Of a stretch of 64,000 nt of DNA, positions 25,147 to 37,979 are shown one piece after another (within the stretch, counting starts at the first letter, position 1; each line of letters opens with the position of its first letter). Source of the stretch: Sphyrna mokarran. Lineage: Eukaryota. The notes beneath the pieces are model-generated. The model searched no databases, was not told where the DNA came from, and saw only the letters and a list, made by a program, of their open reading frames with translations. The DNA is taken from assembly GCA_024679065.1 (NCBI GenBank), contig JAGIQG010000009.1, positions 58,466,001 through 58,530,000 of the forward strand, written 5' to 3'. The translations under genes were made by a program, and so were the position numbers.

Positions 25147-26324
25147 GCGGGCGATTTTACCATTGCATTGTGCCTGTTTTCAGGCACGAGAGGATGGTAA
25201 AGTTGGGCGTGAGGCAAACAGTATGATCCGTGTTCATGTTCGCACAAATTCCCACTTTACTAAAATGGCCACGATTGGAACCATGCCCAAAACAGCACAG
25301 CAGAGGAAACAGGTCCTTCAGCCCTACACAGCCGAAATAGGCACGACAGCAATTCAAATGCATTTGCGTACATTTAAATTGACTTAATGAGCTGGACACC
25401 AAACTTTATTTGCATTCCCCCCATTTACCATCGTGTTTACCCGTCCAGATTCAGCGAGAAACAGACATGCTCGGCAAAGGGCTGTTTCAGGCACTCCAGC
25501 TTCTGAAGAGGTAAGTTCAGAGGGCAGATCATTTTCTGGTGGGGGAGGAGGCAGGTCAGGGGAGGAGGCAGGTCAGATGGCTCTCAGGTGGCGGTTGAGG
25601 AAGGAGGCTGAATCATTCTCTGGTGGGATGCTGTTGAGGGGGGAAGGAAGGCCAGACTATTTTCTGATGGGGGGGCAAGGGAGTAGGCGTAGGGGAGGGG
25701 GACCACTGCCACTCTGTGGGCAATTGGTAGGGGGGGCAAGAGGGGTCCACTGTCACTCTAGTGAACACAGTAAGAAGTCTCACAACACCAGGTTAGAGTC
25801 CAAACAGTTTATTTGATAGTAATCTCGCAAGATTACTATCAAATAAACTGATTGACTCTAACCTGGTGTTGTGAGACTTCTTACTGTGTTTAGCCCAGTC
25901 CAATGACAGCATCTCTACATCATCAGTGATCAGTGGGAGGAGGAGAAAGGGGACAGGGAGTCGCAATCAGTCTGGGTAGGGGAAGGTGGGTGGAGAAGGG
26001 GGAATAAGTTATGTTGTAGGACTGGAGCGATGTCTGTGGAGGCTTTTGGTCCCAGGCCATTTTATCTGCTTTTTTGCGGCACGGGAGCAATGTGATAGGG
26101 AGCATTTCTCAATTTTTTTTTCCACTGTGAATGCGCAGTTGAAAGATCTGATCGGAGCAGCAATGTTTTGGGTGTGATAAGCCCCACCCACAGCGTGATT
26201 CAGATTCCTGATTTTTTTTCAGACTGAGTGCGTATGGGAGCATCTGAGAACAAGTAAGTTTCCAACTCAGATCTGAATTGCGCCCGGATTCAGCACTTAG
26301 AATCAAAATAGTAAAATCATCCCC
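25147..26324. mobile_element. ~1.2-kb non-autonomous Harbinger-like element
   Basis: TIRs gcgggcgattttacca / tagtaaaatcatcccc. CpG-rich subterminal regions and a G-rich interior. Confidence 0.6.
25764..25924. mobile_element. Penelope pLTR palindrome (young family) inserted in the Harbinger-like element
   Basis: ~61-bp near-perfect inverted arms (25764-25825 and 25830-25890) around a cgca loop, followed by the pLTR 3' end. Confidence 0.9.
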
Positions 26325-26656
26325 ATGATGTAACATTAGCCTGTGGTATCACAAGGCCCCCTTCATGGACAAAAATATTTAACATCCACCATTTCTTCTG
26401 GAAGAAAATCCTGGAATTGGTGCTGACCAGTAGTGAGTCGATAGAATTGCTTGCAAACCAACTACTCATTCCACAGCCAAGTGAAAGCAAAGAGAAAAGA
26501 CAAATAAAAATCCCCCAAAAGTTGCTCCAAACGTCAAGGTATTTCCCACAATCACAAATGAACAAAGAAATACAGTTCAAGGGAGGTATCCTAAGAAATT
26601 ATCATTAACAAATAAAGAAAACTGAAAAATCAAATAGATTAATAAAAAACATAAAC

Positions 26657-26738
26657 CTCAATTGTAATGTCTGGTAGCACTGGATTCTCATAGCTATAGC
26701 CACCGTATTCCTCAAACTCAGAGGGTGCCAATGCTCGG
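26657..26738 (-). CDS. Candidate exon of an unidentified gene (xRALAPSEFEEYGGYSYENPVLPDITIE)
   Basis: Strong acceptor (ctcttgttttcgtcCTGACgtatcttctctaccccaatttcCAG), an open phase-2 frame of 27 codons and a weak donor GAG|gtttat, in TE-free sequence. Not matched to any known protein. Confidence 0.4.
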
Positions 26739-29340
26739 CTGGAAATTGGGGTAGAGAAGATACGTCAGGACGAAAACAAGAGGGGTTAAAACTCAGCAGG
26801 GCAATTCCAGACCTATAGGAGTACACTAGCTGTTCACTGATTATAGCTGTAATGGACAACAATAAACCCCAATCTGCCCTGGTCCAGGAAGAAACATGTT
26901 ATCAGGAACCAAAAGACAGAACACAGTCAGGGGAAAAAATAATATTTACAAAAGCAGCACTAGTTTCCCCCTCCTGATCAAATGTATCCACATATGGATA
27001 TAATTTCAGTTTGATGTCGTGTGTTTCCATAAAGTGCATTTTCTCACTATTAAACTTCGTGGGAAACACAAAGCCTTTGAATTACTTTTTGATCATTCGG
27101 GTATAGGAACATCAATGACTCACAAAATGTTAAGAGTATTTACTCAGCAAGACCTCATTTTTTTCCAGACTATTCCCAATTGTGTTGTGTTCCAATGCAG
27201 CAGAAGAGGGGGAAATACTTTAAAAATTGCATTTACATCTTAAGGTAAGCAGTTCCTGATTAATACTTGGAAATAACTTATAAACTATTCAATTTACTCA
27301 GGCTAGTGGGGTGGGAAATACTAGTTTTCTAGATTGATTTATAACCTCAGTATAATATTTCCAGATGGTAGTTAACATGCAATAACCTCATTTTTGATTT
27401 TCTAACCATTTCTAGAACTTTTTTCCTTTATTAATTTCCAATACTCTCCTTTCCTCCCTTCAAGACCCAGATTGTACCAATGACCTACTCCATTGGCATT
27501 GGCCAATTTCTGACACTTCATCGAAATGACTGTTCTTCATCATAGATGCTTAACGGTGAATACTGAGAGGTTATTTGACATTGAGGTATATCATAAGGGA
27601 GCACAAGTCTGTCCATAGTCAACTTCCAAATGTAGCTACATTGCAATAGGATCAGGGGATTTGAGGTGAGGTATTGGAAATCCTGGTCAGTAATTAGGAC
27701 AGGATTCCCAGTTGATTCCTTATCCTCCCTCCTGCCACAATCACTTCTGAAGCTAAGGCCAATTTTCACAATCCAACTGCTGCACCATCTGAGATTTGTT
27801 CACTCAGACACAACCTGGTATGTATGCTAATCATTTACTGCGTGTCAGGTCCACAACCCCTAAATGTCAGAGTTATACTGCATTCTGGAGGACATTTGAA
27901 CACTGGCAAAGTTAAAATCCTAACTCTGAACTTCAACAAAATAGAGTTAATTAAATCCAGTCTGAATCAGCAGTATAAACATGACCCAATCCAGTGATTA
28001 ATTTCACACTAACACTGATTTAGACAAACAGCACATAATTTTGCACCAGATTTAGGCTGAATTACTCATCCATCCTGTTTTTCCCTTGCTCTTCACACCA
28101 GCCACTGTGCTGTTTTGATTCAACAATAACAAAATTAAACTAAGTATTCTTGTACAATCTAGATTGGTGGTTCTTGAGATTCCAGATAGCCATGGGACAG
28201 GATGTTTTCTACAAATGCTTGAGATAGAAAGAAAAATTTTACGCCCACAGGCTATACGTTCCCTAGACAAGTACCTACTTCACAAACTTCCATTTTATTC
28301 TGTTATCCAAAACATTTCACTTTTGGGGTTCCAGGTATAAGGAAGTCTCTAGACCAGCGTTAAAGCAGAATAAACAGGTATCATAGCTATTCTGAGTATG
28401 ATAATTCAAATTCTCCATATTTCAAACTCCATGGCATGGCAAAAGTCAGAAAAAGACCATTTGTCCTGCTTGTGTTACCTTCAGGTATACCAAACCAGCT
28501 GACCAAAATGTATTGAAATCCAAGTAAGTTTCCGAACCCACATGAGTAATGCTAGTGTTTCACTGTGTTGGTGTGCCACTGTTATATTTATCTTTTCAGC
28601 CCATGACAGCCAAATAAGTGCGCTTCGGCTGTATGTGAATGGCACTTTCTTGTTACCATCTGCCTTAGCAGGATGATTATGTATTTGCATCGAAGTACCA
28701 TTACCCACATATTGAAACTATGTGCCCCTCTGATTCTGATCTATGTATTTAACTGCCTGGTACAACAAACCCCTACATGTGGTTTCACAGGAACTTATGT
28801 ATTAAATGTTCGTCTTGCAGTGCTTTTTGTTTTTCATTTCATGAGGACATGTGCCAAATTAAATTACATCAAGACCATGTTGGCTTAGTTCCTGATGGAC
28901 CAACATTTTACAATGTATCTATAGGTAAATTGTATATTACAAGATAAAGAAATACAGTGTGATGTGATGCTTGCGTTTTAGCATGACAGTCGTTTATGTT
29001 AAACCTTGATTCAATTCATTGACAACAAATGATATTTTTCTTTTAAAATGAAGGCTAGATGATTCACAGCCAAACTCAATAAGGCATTCTGACTAGACAA
29101 TAATACAAGTTCGACATAGACAAACTGCCTCTGATTCCCTAGCTCTGCCCCTGTTCATTGAGGCAGCACAATCTTACTGACTTCGCTCTCTTTTGGCACT
29201 GAAGAAATCACCAGAATGCATTGGAGCAGGAGTCAGCCATTTGGCCCATCAAGTCTGCTCTACCATTCAGTGAGATCAGGACTGACCTGATATAATCCTC
29301 AACTCCACTTTCCCACCTTATCCTCTTGGCCACCAGGCTC

Positions 29341-29822
29341 AAAATCAAAATACTGCCAATGCTGGAAATCTGAAATAAAATCAGAAATTCAGGAAATATT
29401 CAGCTAATCTAGTAACATCTATGGACAGAGAAACATGGTCAACCTTTCAAGTAAATGACATAAAATGTTAAATTCTGTTTCTCTTTAAATTAAGGACACA
29501 GCTTTAAATTAAGGGGTGATAGTTATAGGACGGATATCAGAGGTAGGTTCTTTACCCAAAGGGTGGTTCGGGAGTGGAATGCCCTGCCTGCAGCAGTTGT
29601 AGATGCGCCAAGTTTGGTGGCGTTTAAGAGGTTAGTTGATAAGTATATGGAAGAGAAGGGAATGGTTTAGTTTGGAGGGGCATTGCTTTTTATATTGGTC
29701 GGCGCAACATCGAGGGCCGAAGGGCCTGTTCTGTGCTGTAATGTTCTATGTTCTATGTTCTATGTTCTCCCGACAGATAACACCTGACCTGCTGAGTGTT
29801 TCCAACACTTTTTGTTTAATTC
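29341..29822. mobile_element. Old-family Penelope pLTR inverted pair, split by a CR1 insertion
   Basis: aaaatactgccaatgctggaaatctgaaataaaa... on one side and ctgacctgctgagtgtttccaacactttttgttt on the other. Confidence 0.7.
29483..29768 (+). mobile_element. Young 5'-truncated CR1/HER1 LINE
   Basis: GHSFKLRGDSYRTDIRGRFFTQRVVREWNALPAAVVDAPSLVAFKRLVDKYM, then gagggccgaagggcctgttctgtgctg and an (atgttct)4 tail. CpGs retained. Confidence 0.9.
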
Positions 29823-31355
29823 AAATGCAATCTAAATTTAACTAGAACAAAAATACCTTTTTGACTTCCTAAATGTTGCAATAAGTACACTGTCTGGTGG
29901 GGAGTTACACTGAGCACAAAGGTCAGTGCAGCTGTAATATCAGTGAGGAAAGTTGGCGGAGGTAACAATTATTATAATTGATCTCAACATCAGAGAATTC
30001 AGAAAAATATCCTGGCTGGCTACACCTGGCTATAAGCATTGAACCCCACCACTGGAAAGCAGATGTATAAGAACATCAGGTAAGCATAGAGATGCTTTCA
30101 GCCAATTAAATGTAGACTGGCCATTATTCAATGTCAGGGTTGATGCATGAAGATTGTCCATTTGGGTGATGTAACAGCAGCCTACTGATACGCATGGAAC
30201 CTGACCTTAGAATCAGCAAACACCTTACAGAAAAAAAAGACAGAAAAAGACATTTAAAAACAATTAGATTCAGATTTGTAACATTGTCATGGCCATTTTC
30301 CATTTAACAAGAAGCTGCCTCCTATCCACCTCAATTTAAAATCATAGCTTTAATGCAAAGTGCAAGCACAGTCTAAGCCACCGCTGAAATCCAGCTCCAT
30401 CTTTATTGAAGCTGTTTGAATGGTAAAAATATTATAAAATGGTTCAAATCCGTCTTTAGAACTCGCAATCTTGAATCTGTAGCATTGCTGTACTAGCACC
30501 AGACCTGAAAGGATGTCTAGGCTGCATGTCAGTCAATGAACCGGTTTATGTCATGCCTCAAGAATGAAATGTCAATCCAGACAGTGCTCAACTGGAGCTC
30601 CTGTTTTCTTTAAAAGCTGCTATAATTCAAAGTGAGACTGAGGTGCTGACTGCTGTAATTAATTTAACAAGGCGCGGGACTGAACAGATTTAGTCAGCTG
30701 CCATTGAGAGATCTTTCCTGAGCTCCCTTTTTAGACTCTTTACTGTCTATCTCAGTTGTCGCAAACCAAAGAGTTGGTGCAGTAGAAAAATACAGCAGAC
30801 GTTGATTTAGGAGAGTGATTAATAAGGTTTAAATTAAATACTCATTGATTAACACCTCTGTACAAAATATACTTCACTATAACAGATGCTCACTGCTCTC
30901 GCTGAGAGGCACTATTCACTGTTTTCCATTCCTGTATATATGCCATCTGTTGTACATTTAGAAGAAAAGCATTTCAGAAATGAATAGATTATAACTTGTT
31001 TATGTCACTTTGGGGTTTTTATCTTTATTACCTGAGTGGAAGTGGAACACAGATAGTAAAATCTGACAGGGAGTTTAAACAACCCAAATAGAGCCTACCC
31101 GATTCTTCTACTATTGAATCACTGGAAGGAAAATCAAGTCAGTTTTGTTGAGGACCAAACTTCCTTACCAGGTTTCCCTTTCTCCACTCCAGGCAATGCT
31201 TAAAGCTCAAGCCAGTAAATTCAAAAAAATCAGTCCTTTCCATTATGCAGCTATTTCCAATGGTGAATTGCAATTTAATCTATTTACATACATAGTTTTC
31301 TCCAATACACTATATTTGCCTTCCCTTTTTTTGCCGTAGTGCTTTATATTTTCAA

Positions 31356-31445
31356 TAAGAAGTCTCACAACGCCAGGTTAAAGTCCAACAGGTTTATTTG
31401 GAATCACGAGCTTTTGGAATGCTGTTCCTTCATCAGGTGAATGGG
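31356..31445 (-). mobile_element. 90-bp Penelope pLTR insertion with a degenerate hammerhead
   Basis: Exact 11-bp TSD tatattttcaa (31345-31355 and 31446-31456). Minus strand reads cacCTGATGAaggaacagcattccAAAAgctcgtg. Confidence 0.85.
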
Positions 31446-34211
31446 TATATTTTCAAGATAATTGAGCCACACATAATTGTCCCATAAGTTTATAGAATTT
31501 TTCTTCAATATCACAGTTCAGATTGTTTATGAGGTTTCTTCTTTTTCAACTCAGGTTAACAGGACTACGGCCTCTGACGATGACATTAGAAAATAGATAA
31601 TTGACACAGTCAGATGACATTCTTTGGTGCACCATTTGGCCAGCATTAACATATTCATTCAAAAATCTGACCACAAAAATAGTAAAGGACATCAAGACAA
31701 TTGCGCTTGGGTGCAAGTGACAAAAGGTAATCTGCAAATACATATAAATATTTTCCATTTATATTAATTTCTAGCATGCATTTGTCACACTTGGAAGTGA
31801 TTAAAGGTTGTTTTCTGTGTTTTCTCTTCATAATCTACTTTTACTGCAGAGCTCGGAGGTGGGAATTTACAAGCAACTGCCAATCTACAAAACTTTCCCT
31901 TGACAATTAGCTACTAACTTAGCAGCTTCTAATTCATCGCCTACAACACCCTGGTAACTCAGTCCAATTTAGAGTGTATTTGTAATTCACCCTCCTGGCC
32001 TGTTGGAATTTTGTGGCATAATCATCTTGAATAGGCTGATTTTAACACTAAACGGAATGCCACAATCGTCTAGGTTAGTGTCCAGTGCTTCAGAAATATT
32101 CAAGCTAACAGGAACATTGAACAATATGGTACATGTGGTCACAAATGTGCCATGATACACAATTATGTAGCTTACAAAAAAACAGAGACACCACTGCTAT
32201 ATCAGATCTCAGAATGTGCTCTTTTGGGGCATTTATTTTGGGCAAAATTCTAAACAATAAAACACCATCTTAAACACACCTCAGTCTAAGCAGCTGAACC
32301 CCAATGCTACCCATCAGCAGTGCCAAGGCAGATCAGCTGGTAATTTTAATCTCTTCTTGTGGTGAATGTGACAATAATTGGCTTGTGCCAAGCGCACGTT
32401 GCTTCAAAATCATGAGGATTTGGGCTCCACAAATAAAAATTTTTCTTTTACAGGAATTCAAAGTGTTCTTACACCAACCATCATCACTCTGACTTAAATT
32501 GACTTCAGCACACATGTCAAATTTTTTCTCAACTGTTACGAACACAGGAATTAACAGAGGAAACAGGATTTCAGGAATCACAGTGCAATTGAATCAATAT
32601 CCAATAACTTCCAATAACTTAGTAGCTAAATGCAGAACACCAGGCTTGTTTTGTACACAATAATGATACTATGGATCACACCCGAGGCATCCTGAAGAGC
32701 CCTAAGGTTTGGCTGTGGTAAGAAAGTGGGGGGAATATAGCCAGGGTTCCAGCTTTTGACCACAATCCTCTGACCTCCTATTAGAACGTGCATGGTTGTG
32801 GGTAGGGACATGGAGGAGATGGTGACAGGATCCAGCATAGTAGAACAGGCCATTGGCACTCACTGTTTTAACATTATCCATGAAATAAGATTACAGGTTT
32901 TGTTTTATGGCATTGCACAGACTTCAAGCCTGCATAATTGTCATTGCCTTAGAAGGAGAGAAGAGAAACAAAAAGATGGGGGTGGGGTTGTGAGGGGTAT
33001 AGAAATTGGTATTAAGAATAAAAACAAAAAGGCTGCCAGTTTCAAATGAAGTTGTTTTACTGGCGCTCTTGCCTACAGTGCTGGTGCTGTTTGAGCCGGC
33101 ACAGCTGTTTCACACATACACATGCACTGGACTCCACACTTCACACTATGTCTCGCATTGAATGTCTCTATACAACTGGGTCCTTATTTTCTTTTTACAA
33201 TACAGTAAACAAGGAAACCAGCCATCAATTATTAGTGCAGAGTATATCTAAATTTCAGAGCCATGAAGAGATTTTTGTTAAATGAAGCAGATTACTTTAT
33301 GCCAACAATAACAGACGGTGTTGTTAAATATAAATCAAGTGGTACAGACGTTTCATGCTTGACTCATTTGGAGCATTAGACAAACGCAGACCAGCCTGGC
33401 AGGACTTGGAGCGTCTCAGAATGTGTGACTAATATAACTTCATAAGATATTATTTCTGATTTATCATCTCAGTCTCACCACATGAAGAAAAACAGAAAAC
33501 CAAGAATTCCTTGATGATCTCTGCACACGATCTAGTCCACTATGTTTCAGAAAACTGTACAAGTGAAAACTTCTTTCAGTAAACTTCCTCCTGTTCCTTG
33601 CTTTGATTATTTAAGTAATACATCCAGCTAAACTACCTCCATGTTTTCTAAGACACTGGCTTTTGCTCTCATACATTTCAATGGGTGCCACACGCTCACT
33701 GATATAATACCCATTGATCAACTTTCATATGGTTTACATTGTGGACTTGAGATGAGGATCTAGATTGTTCAGCCAAGATTTTTCAATGCCACCATTTACC
33801 CCTTTGAAATTATTAGCCAATCAGAAGATCTAGGCCTGAACGTCAGTAGATAATTTCATGATGACACATCATAGCCAATTCAATTTTGTCCTTATCAGAA
33901 ATGATCACAGCTATAATTACCCAACAGGGATCATTAACAAGCAATCAAGAGCTGATTATTTTTCCTTTCTTAGCATAGATTTACTGATACCAATTGTAAT
34001 AAGTTTACCTACCATTCCCCCACTATAAAAATGGATTAAATTTCACCAGTCACTTACTATTTAATTCCAAATCCTCAGGCTTTGGCACAGTATTAATCCA
34101 AATTGATACGAAAATGTGGAATACTAACCCATGGTTAATTTTTTAAAAATATAGGCTCTGCTTCAAGAGCTTTCTGAATTTCAAGATGGTATCGCCATTC
34201 AATTGGAGTTA

Positions 34212-34333
34212 GTGGGGGGAATTTTCCTGTACCATCCCCCACAGGAATCATAGCGGGTGGGGGTGGACCATATAAAGTTCCATTGGCCTCAGGTGGGATT
34301 TTCCAGTTTTGGGGTGAGCTGGATAATCCCACC
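34212..34333 (-). mobile_element. MITE family B copy with TTA TSD
   Basis: tta|gtggggggaattttcc...ggataatcccacc|tta. A 3-bp TWA TSD is characteristic of PIF/Harbinger. Confidence 0.8.
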
Positions 34334-34522
34334 TTAAGGATTCTACCGCGCTGCCACTTTTGGAGGGTCGCACACTCTACAATGGTAATTGTGCTCAGCT
34401 TAAAAAAAAATCAACAACAGCAGTCTGAATTGATTGCCTACAGAGTTCTCTTGCTCAGCATTTTATTTTAAAGCCACAAATTTATCAAGTTCTGACTTTT
34501 GCTTTCTCTCAGTTGAGTTTAA

Positions 34523-34761
34523 TGTCAGAACTTTCCACCTGTTCAAGCTGGTGAGATATTCTGGTCCCACCAGAAGAGGACCATTGCCACCTTGAAACTC
34601 GCAGCTGGAGTGTGCCTAGGAGAGACTGGTTTCATGGCAGCAAGGGATGCATTCAACAGGAAACCCTGGACTTGATGGGTCCAGAAGATCCTGCCACTGA
34701 CCAATGATGGACCACCTCCCACTATCGCAAAAGGCACAGGTAGCTCAGTAAATCCCATCCC
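34523..34761 (+). mobile_element. MITE family A copy
   Basis: ctggtcccacc...gcattcaacaggaaaccc...ccagaagatcctgccactgaccaatgatggaccacctccc. Confidence 0.65.
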
Positions 34762-36099
34762 AGAAGTCACAATTCTCCAGGATTACTGAATTAATTACTT
34801 TTCCCATTTTGACACGAGCTCAGACAAAATGAGTGTTGACTAAGGAATCAGGTTTTAGTTTTTTTTTCAAGCTGCTCTTCTGACTCTGAATTTTTCAAAG
34901 ATTTCTCAAGATTTGCTGTGGCCTGGAGTTTTAAAAGATTTAGCTCATCCTTACTTGGCCTGCTGAGTCAGATTAGAATCCAAAGGAGATTCAATGGAGT
35001 GTTTTACTGCAGTAAAGAATTTTCTGGCTCCAGCTTCTAAACCTTTCCTTTGAGCTTTTCCTGGTAATTCTTTCTAACACCTCTGCTTCTAGAGCTTCTT
35101 TTCAGGTCAGATTGCTTTGCTGAAATTTTTCTCAATCTTCCAACATTACAGTTTTCCTCTGCATTTTCTGAGAGGCACTGGGTTTTTCCACAAGCTGTCA
35201 GTTGTATGGTTTTGCTTACAGTTTGGTAGGTTTTAAAAAATCTTAATTAACGGCTAGAACTATTTACAAATATTCAGTAGAGAGTTCAAGCTAGGAACTT
35301 TTTCCATGCTTGTTGGTACACATGGCTCTATCCAACACTACTCTGGTTGTAGGTCATGTGCTGTCTTACATCACTGTGTTGACAGTATTGTACTCAGTTC
35401 CACTTTAACCCAATACATGCACGATTCTAATACTACACATGCATTCCAGATACAGGATACTATTTTTCCCTGTACATGTCTTCTAACTTTGTCAAGAGTC
35501 ACAAAATCAAAAGCTTCTTGTAATCCAGAAGTTTTCAGAGTGAAAGAAATTATTGGGGAACTGAAAGTTAGTTTGTAGTCCTGGGTAAGAAAACGTTACG
35601 TAGGTAGTCTAGAGGTTTATTTGCCTTAGCTTTGGAGAGCAGGGAGAAAGTCTGTAGAATTTTCCCTCGAGAGGCTAAATGACCTCATAAAACAAGATTC
35701 ATGAATTAGTAAACTGTACATTGATAGTAATGGAAGAAGCATGGTTAAAGGTCCAAATGTATTTTACTATCAGCATAGTTACATTGCATTACACAGCATT
35801 TAGAGCAGAGACAGTCTATTTGTCCATCATGTTGTTAACAGGTTGTTATGCTCCACACAAGCCTTCTACCATTTTCTCCAGGCAGTGAGTCCTTTAAATA
35901 CTAGCAAGAAATCAGATAGTAAGACAAAACAGGTTTGTGGCTCCAACACACATATTAAATTTCTCAATTTAGTAATTAAAGAAGATCATGTAGACCTTTG
36001 AATTACAGAGCAGCTGTTGTAGATTTTGCGGTCCAGTTGATTGAATGCTGTTTCTAATACTATAACGTTCAATACATAATACTTACAGAACTTTATAGA

Positions 36100-36780
36100 C
36101 TATTTAGTCCAACAAATCCATAACAGTGTTTATGTTCCACATGACCGTAGTTCCACAGTTCTTCATTTTATCTCAGTGATACGTCCATGTATTCAGTCAA
36201 ACAGACTGACATTTTCTTATATGCCTTTCATCCTCATTTGCTGATCTAGCATCTCTTTCAATGCATCTATGCTGGTCACCTCAGACCTTATTGTAGTGTG
36301 TTCCACATTCTAACCATTCTCTGTAAAATTGTAAAGACAATTCTCTTGAATTCCTTGTTGAATTTCTTAGTGAAAGCTGACAGTGATTGCCCACTAATTC
36401 TGGTTCCCCACACAATGAAAATATCTTCTTTACATCTATCCTTACAAATCTTTCAAGTCATCTCTCACTATTCTCTTCAAGAATAAAAAGCGTTAGTTTC
36501 TACATTCTTTGCTGGTAGATGAAACCATTCAATTCTGGTATCATCCTGGTAACCCTTTTTACACCTTCGCAAATGTCTCTGTATCTTCTTTATATCAAGT
36601 GGATCACAACTGTTTATGTTACTTCAAGCATGGTCTAATCAAGGTTCTATACAAGATTATTATATCTTTGCTTTACAATTCTATTCCTCTAGAAATGAGC
36701 CCTAGAGCTTTGTATTATGTAGCCTTATTGATATGCATCACTACTTTTATAATCTGTGTCCGTACCCGCACTGTGTACTC
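36100..36780 (-). mobile_element. Decayed CR1 3' region
   Basis: ttccacattctaaccattctctgtaaa, aagcatggtctaatcaaggttctatac and cctctagaaatgagccct are reverse-strand CR1 ORF2 hallmarks. Confidence 0.6.
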
Positions 36781-37116
36781 TGCTTCTTCCATGCATTCTA
36801 ATTCAGAAACAAAAGTACCCTGCAAATAATTTTATTAATGCTCTCTGGCTGCTAGCCGCAAATGTCCAAGTCAACTAACACAAAGTGCGCCACTGACAGC
36901 TTCTGCGGGAGACAGGGCCTTTCCTCATCCTAACTTTGTGAGAGGCACCAAAATAGGAATAAAGCAATAGTAATTATTTTAAATTCAAAACAAAAGTTGT
37001 TTGGCTTTGAACATAATCAAACTAATAAGTGGACAGGGCTAATATCTGATTAAATATGACTGGGTTGGACCCAAAGTTACATCTAAAGAGATTTTTCAAC
37101 CAATTTTCGACTATTA

Positions 37117-37680
37117 GGCCTAGAATTTTGCTGAAATGAAGGGACTGATTCTCCCACCCTGACGTGCACATATTTTGGCGCATAGGGATGGGAAAATCGC
37201 ATGTTGGCCGTTTTATGGGATTTGCGCCTGCGTTCCTGATGCATGTGCATCTCTCACAGCCCGAAAGGCGCAGTAGAAACCGCCGAGAAGAGAGGCAAGT
37301 CATTTAAATCTATTTTTAATGTATTTTAAATCTTATTATCAGGCCCAAAACAGAATTCTCTGGACCCGATAGCATCTCCCACTCTGCCAGGAATATTTCA
37401 CTCTGGCGGGATTTAAAGTAGCTCCCTACTTGCGGGGAATTAGCGGGAGACCGCACCAGAGTAAAAGACGGGGCAATCGAGGCCCCCACAGGTTGGATAG
37501 CTGAGAGGGGCACTCTGGCAGTGCCAGCTGTACTCCCTGACCAAAGAGGCAAAGTGCCCATGCCTGGGGCACCTTGGCATTGCCCATTAGGCATTGGGCA
37601 GTGCTGAAGGGGGCAGGACCTTGGTGGTAAGGGGGTGGGGTTGAATGGCAAGGTCAGAGGCGGGGTCTGTCAGGGGTGGG
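37117..37680. mobile_element. Harbinger-like element fragment with a GGCANTGCC cluster
   Basis: CpG-rich subterminal region and repeated ggcagtgcc/ggcattgcc motifs at 37505-37605. Confidence 0.45.
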
Positions 37681-37979
37681 ACTTTATTTATTCTATTATA
37701 ACATGCAGGATCTCAGGTAAACAGAACACTTTCTATTTTGTGCAATCAGCCAGCACTCCATAGCTACAACATGAATTAGACAGAACAGAAAGCTTCCCCG
37801 TGGATCATCACTCTGCTTAAGGCTAAAGCCAGAAACACTTGTACTTTGCAAACATCACATTTCCTTTTCTAACATCAAATAATCTGTAGTTCTGAGAAAA
37901 CAAATTTAAAGAAAGTTTAAAACCATGTGATGAATGCTTTTGTGCTGAGGATATCTTGAGGTATTTTAGTATGCACAGT

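Noticed and set aside
28540-28567. V(D)J recombination signal at cactgtg, and other cacagtg heptamers
   Set aside because: The heptamers I checked have no nonamer at 12 or 23 spacing, and no V or J segments were seen.
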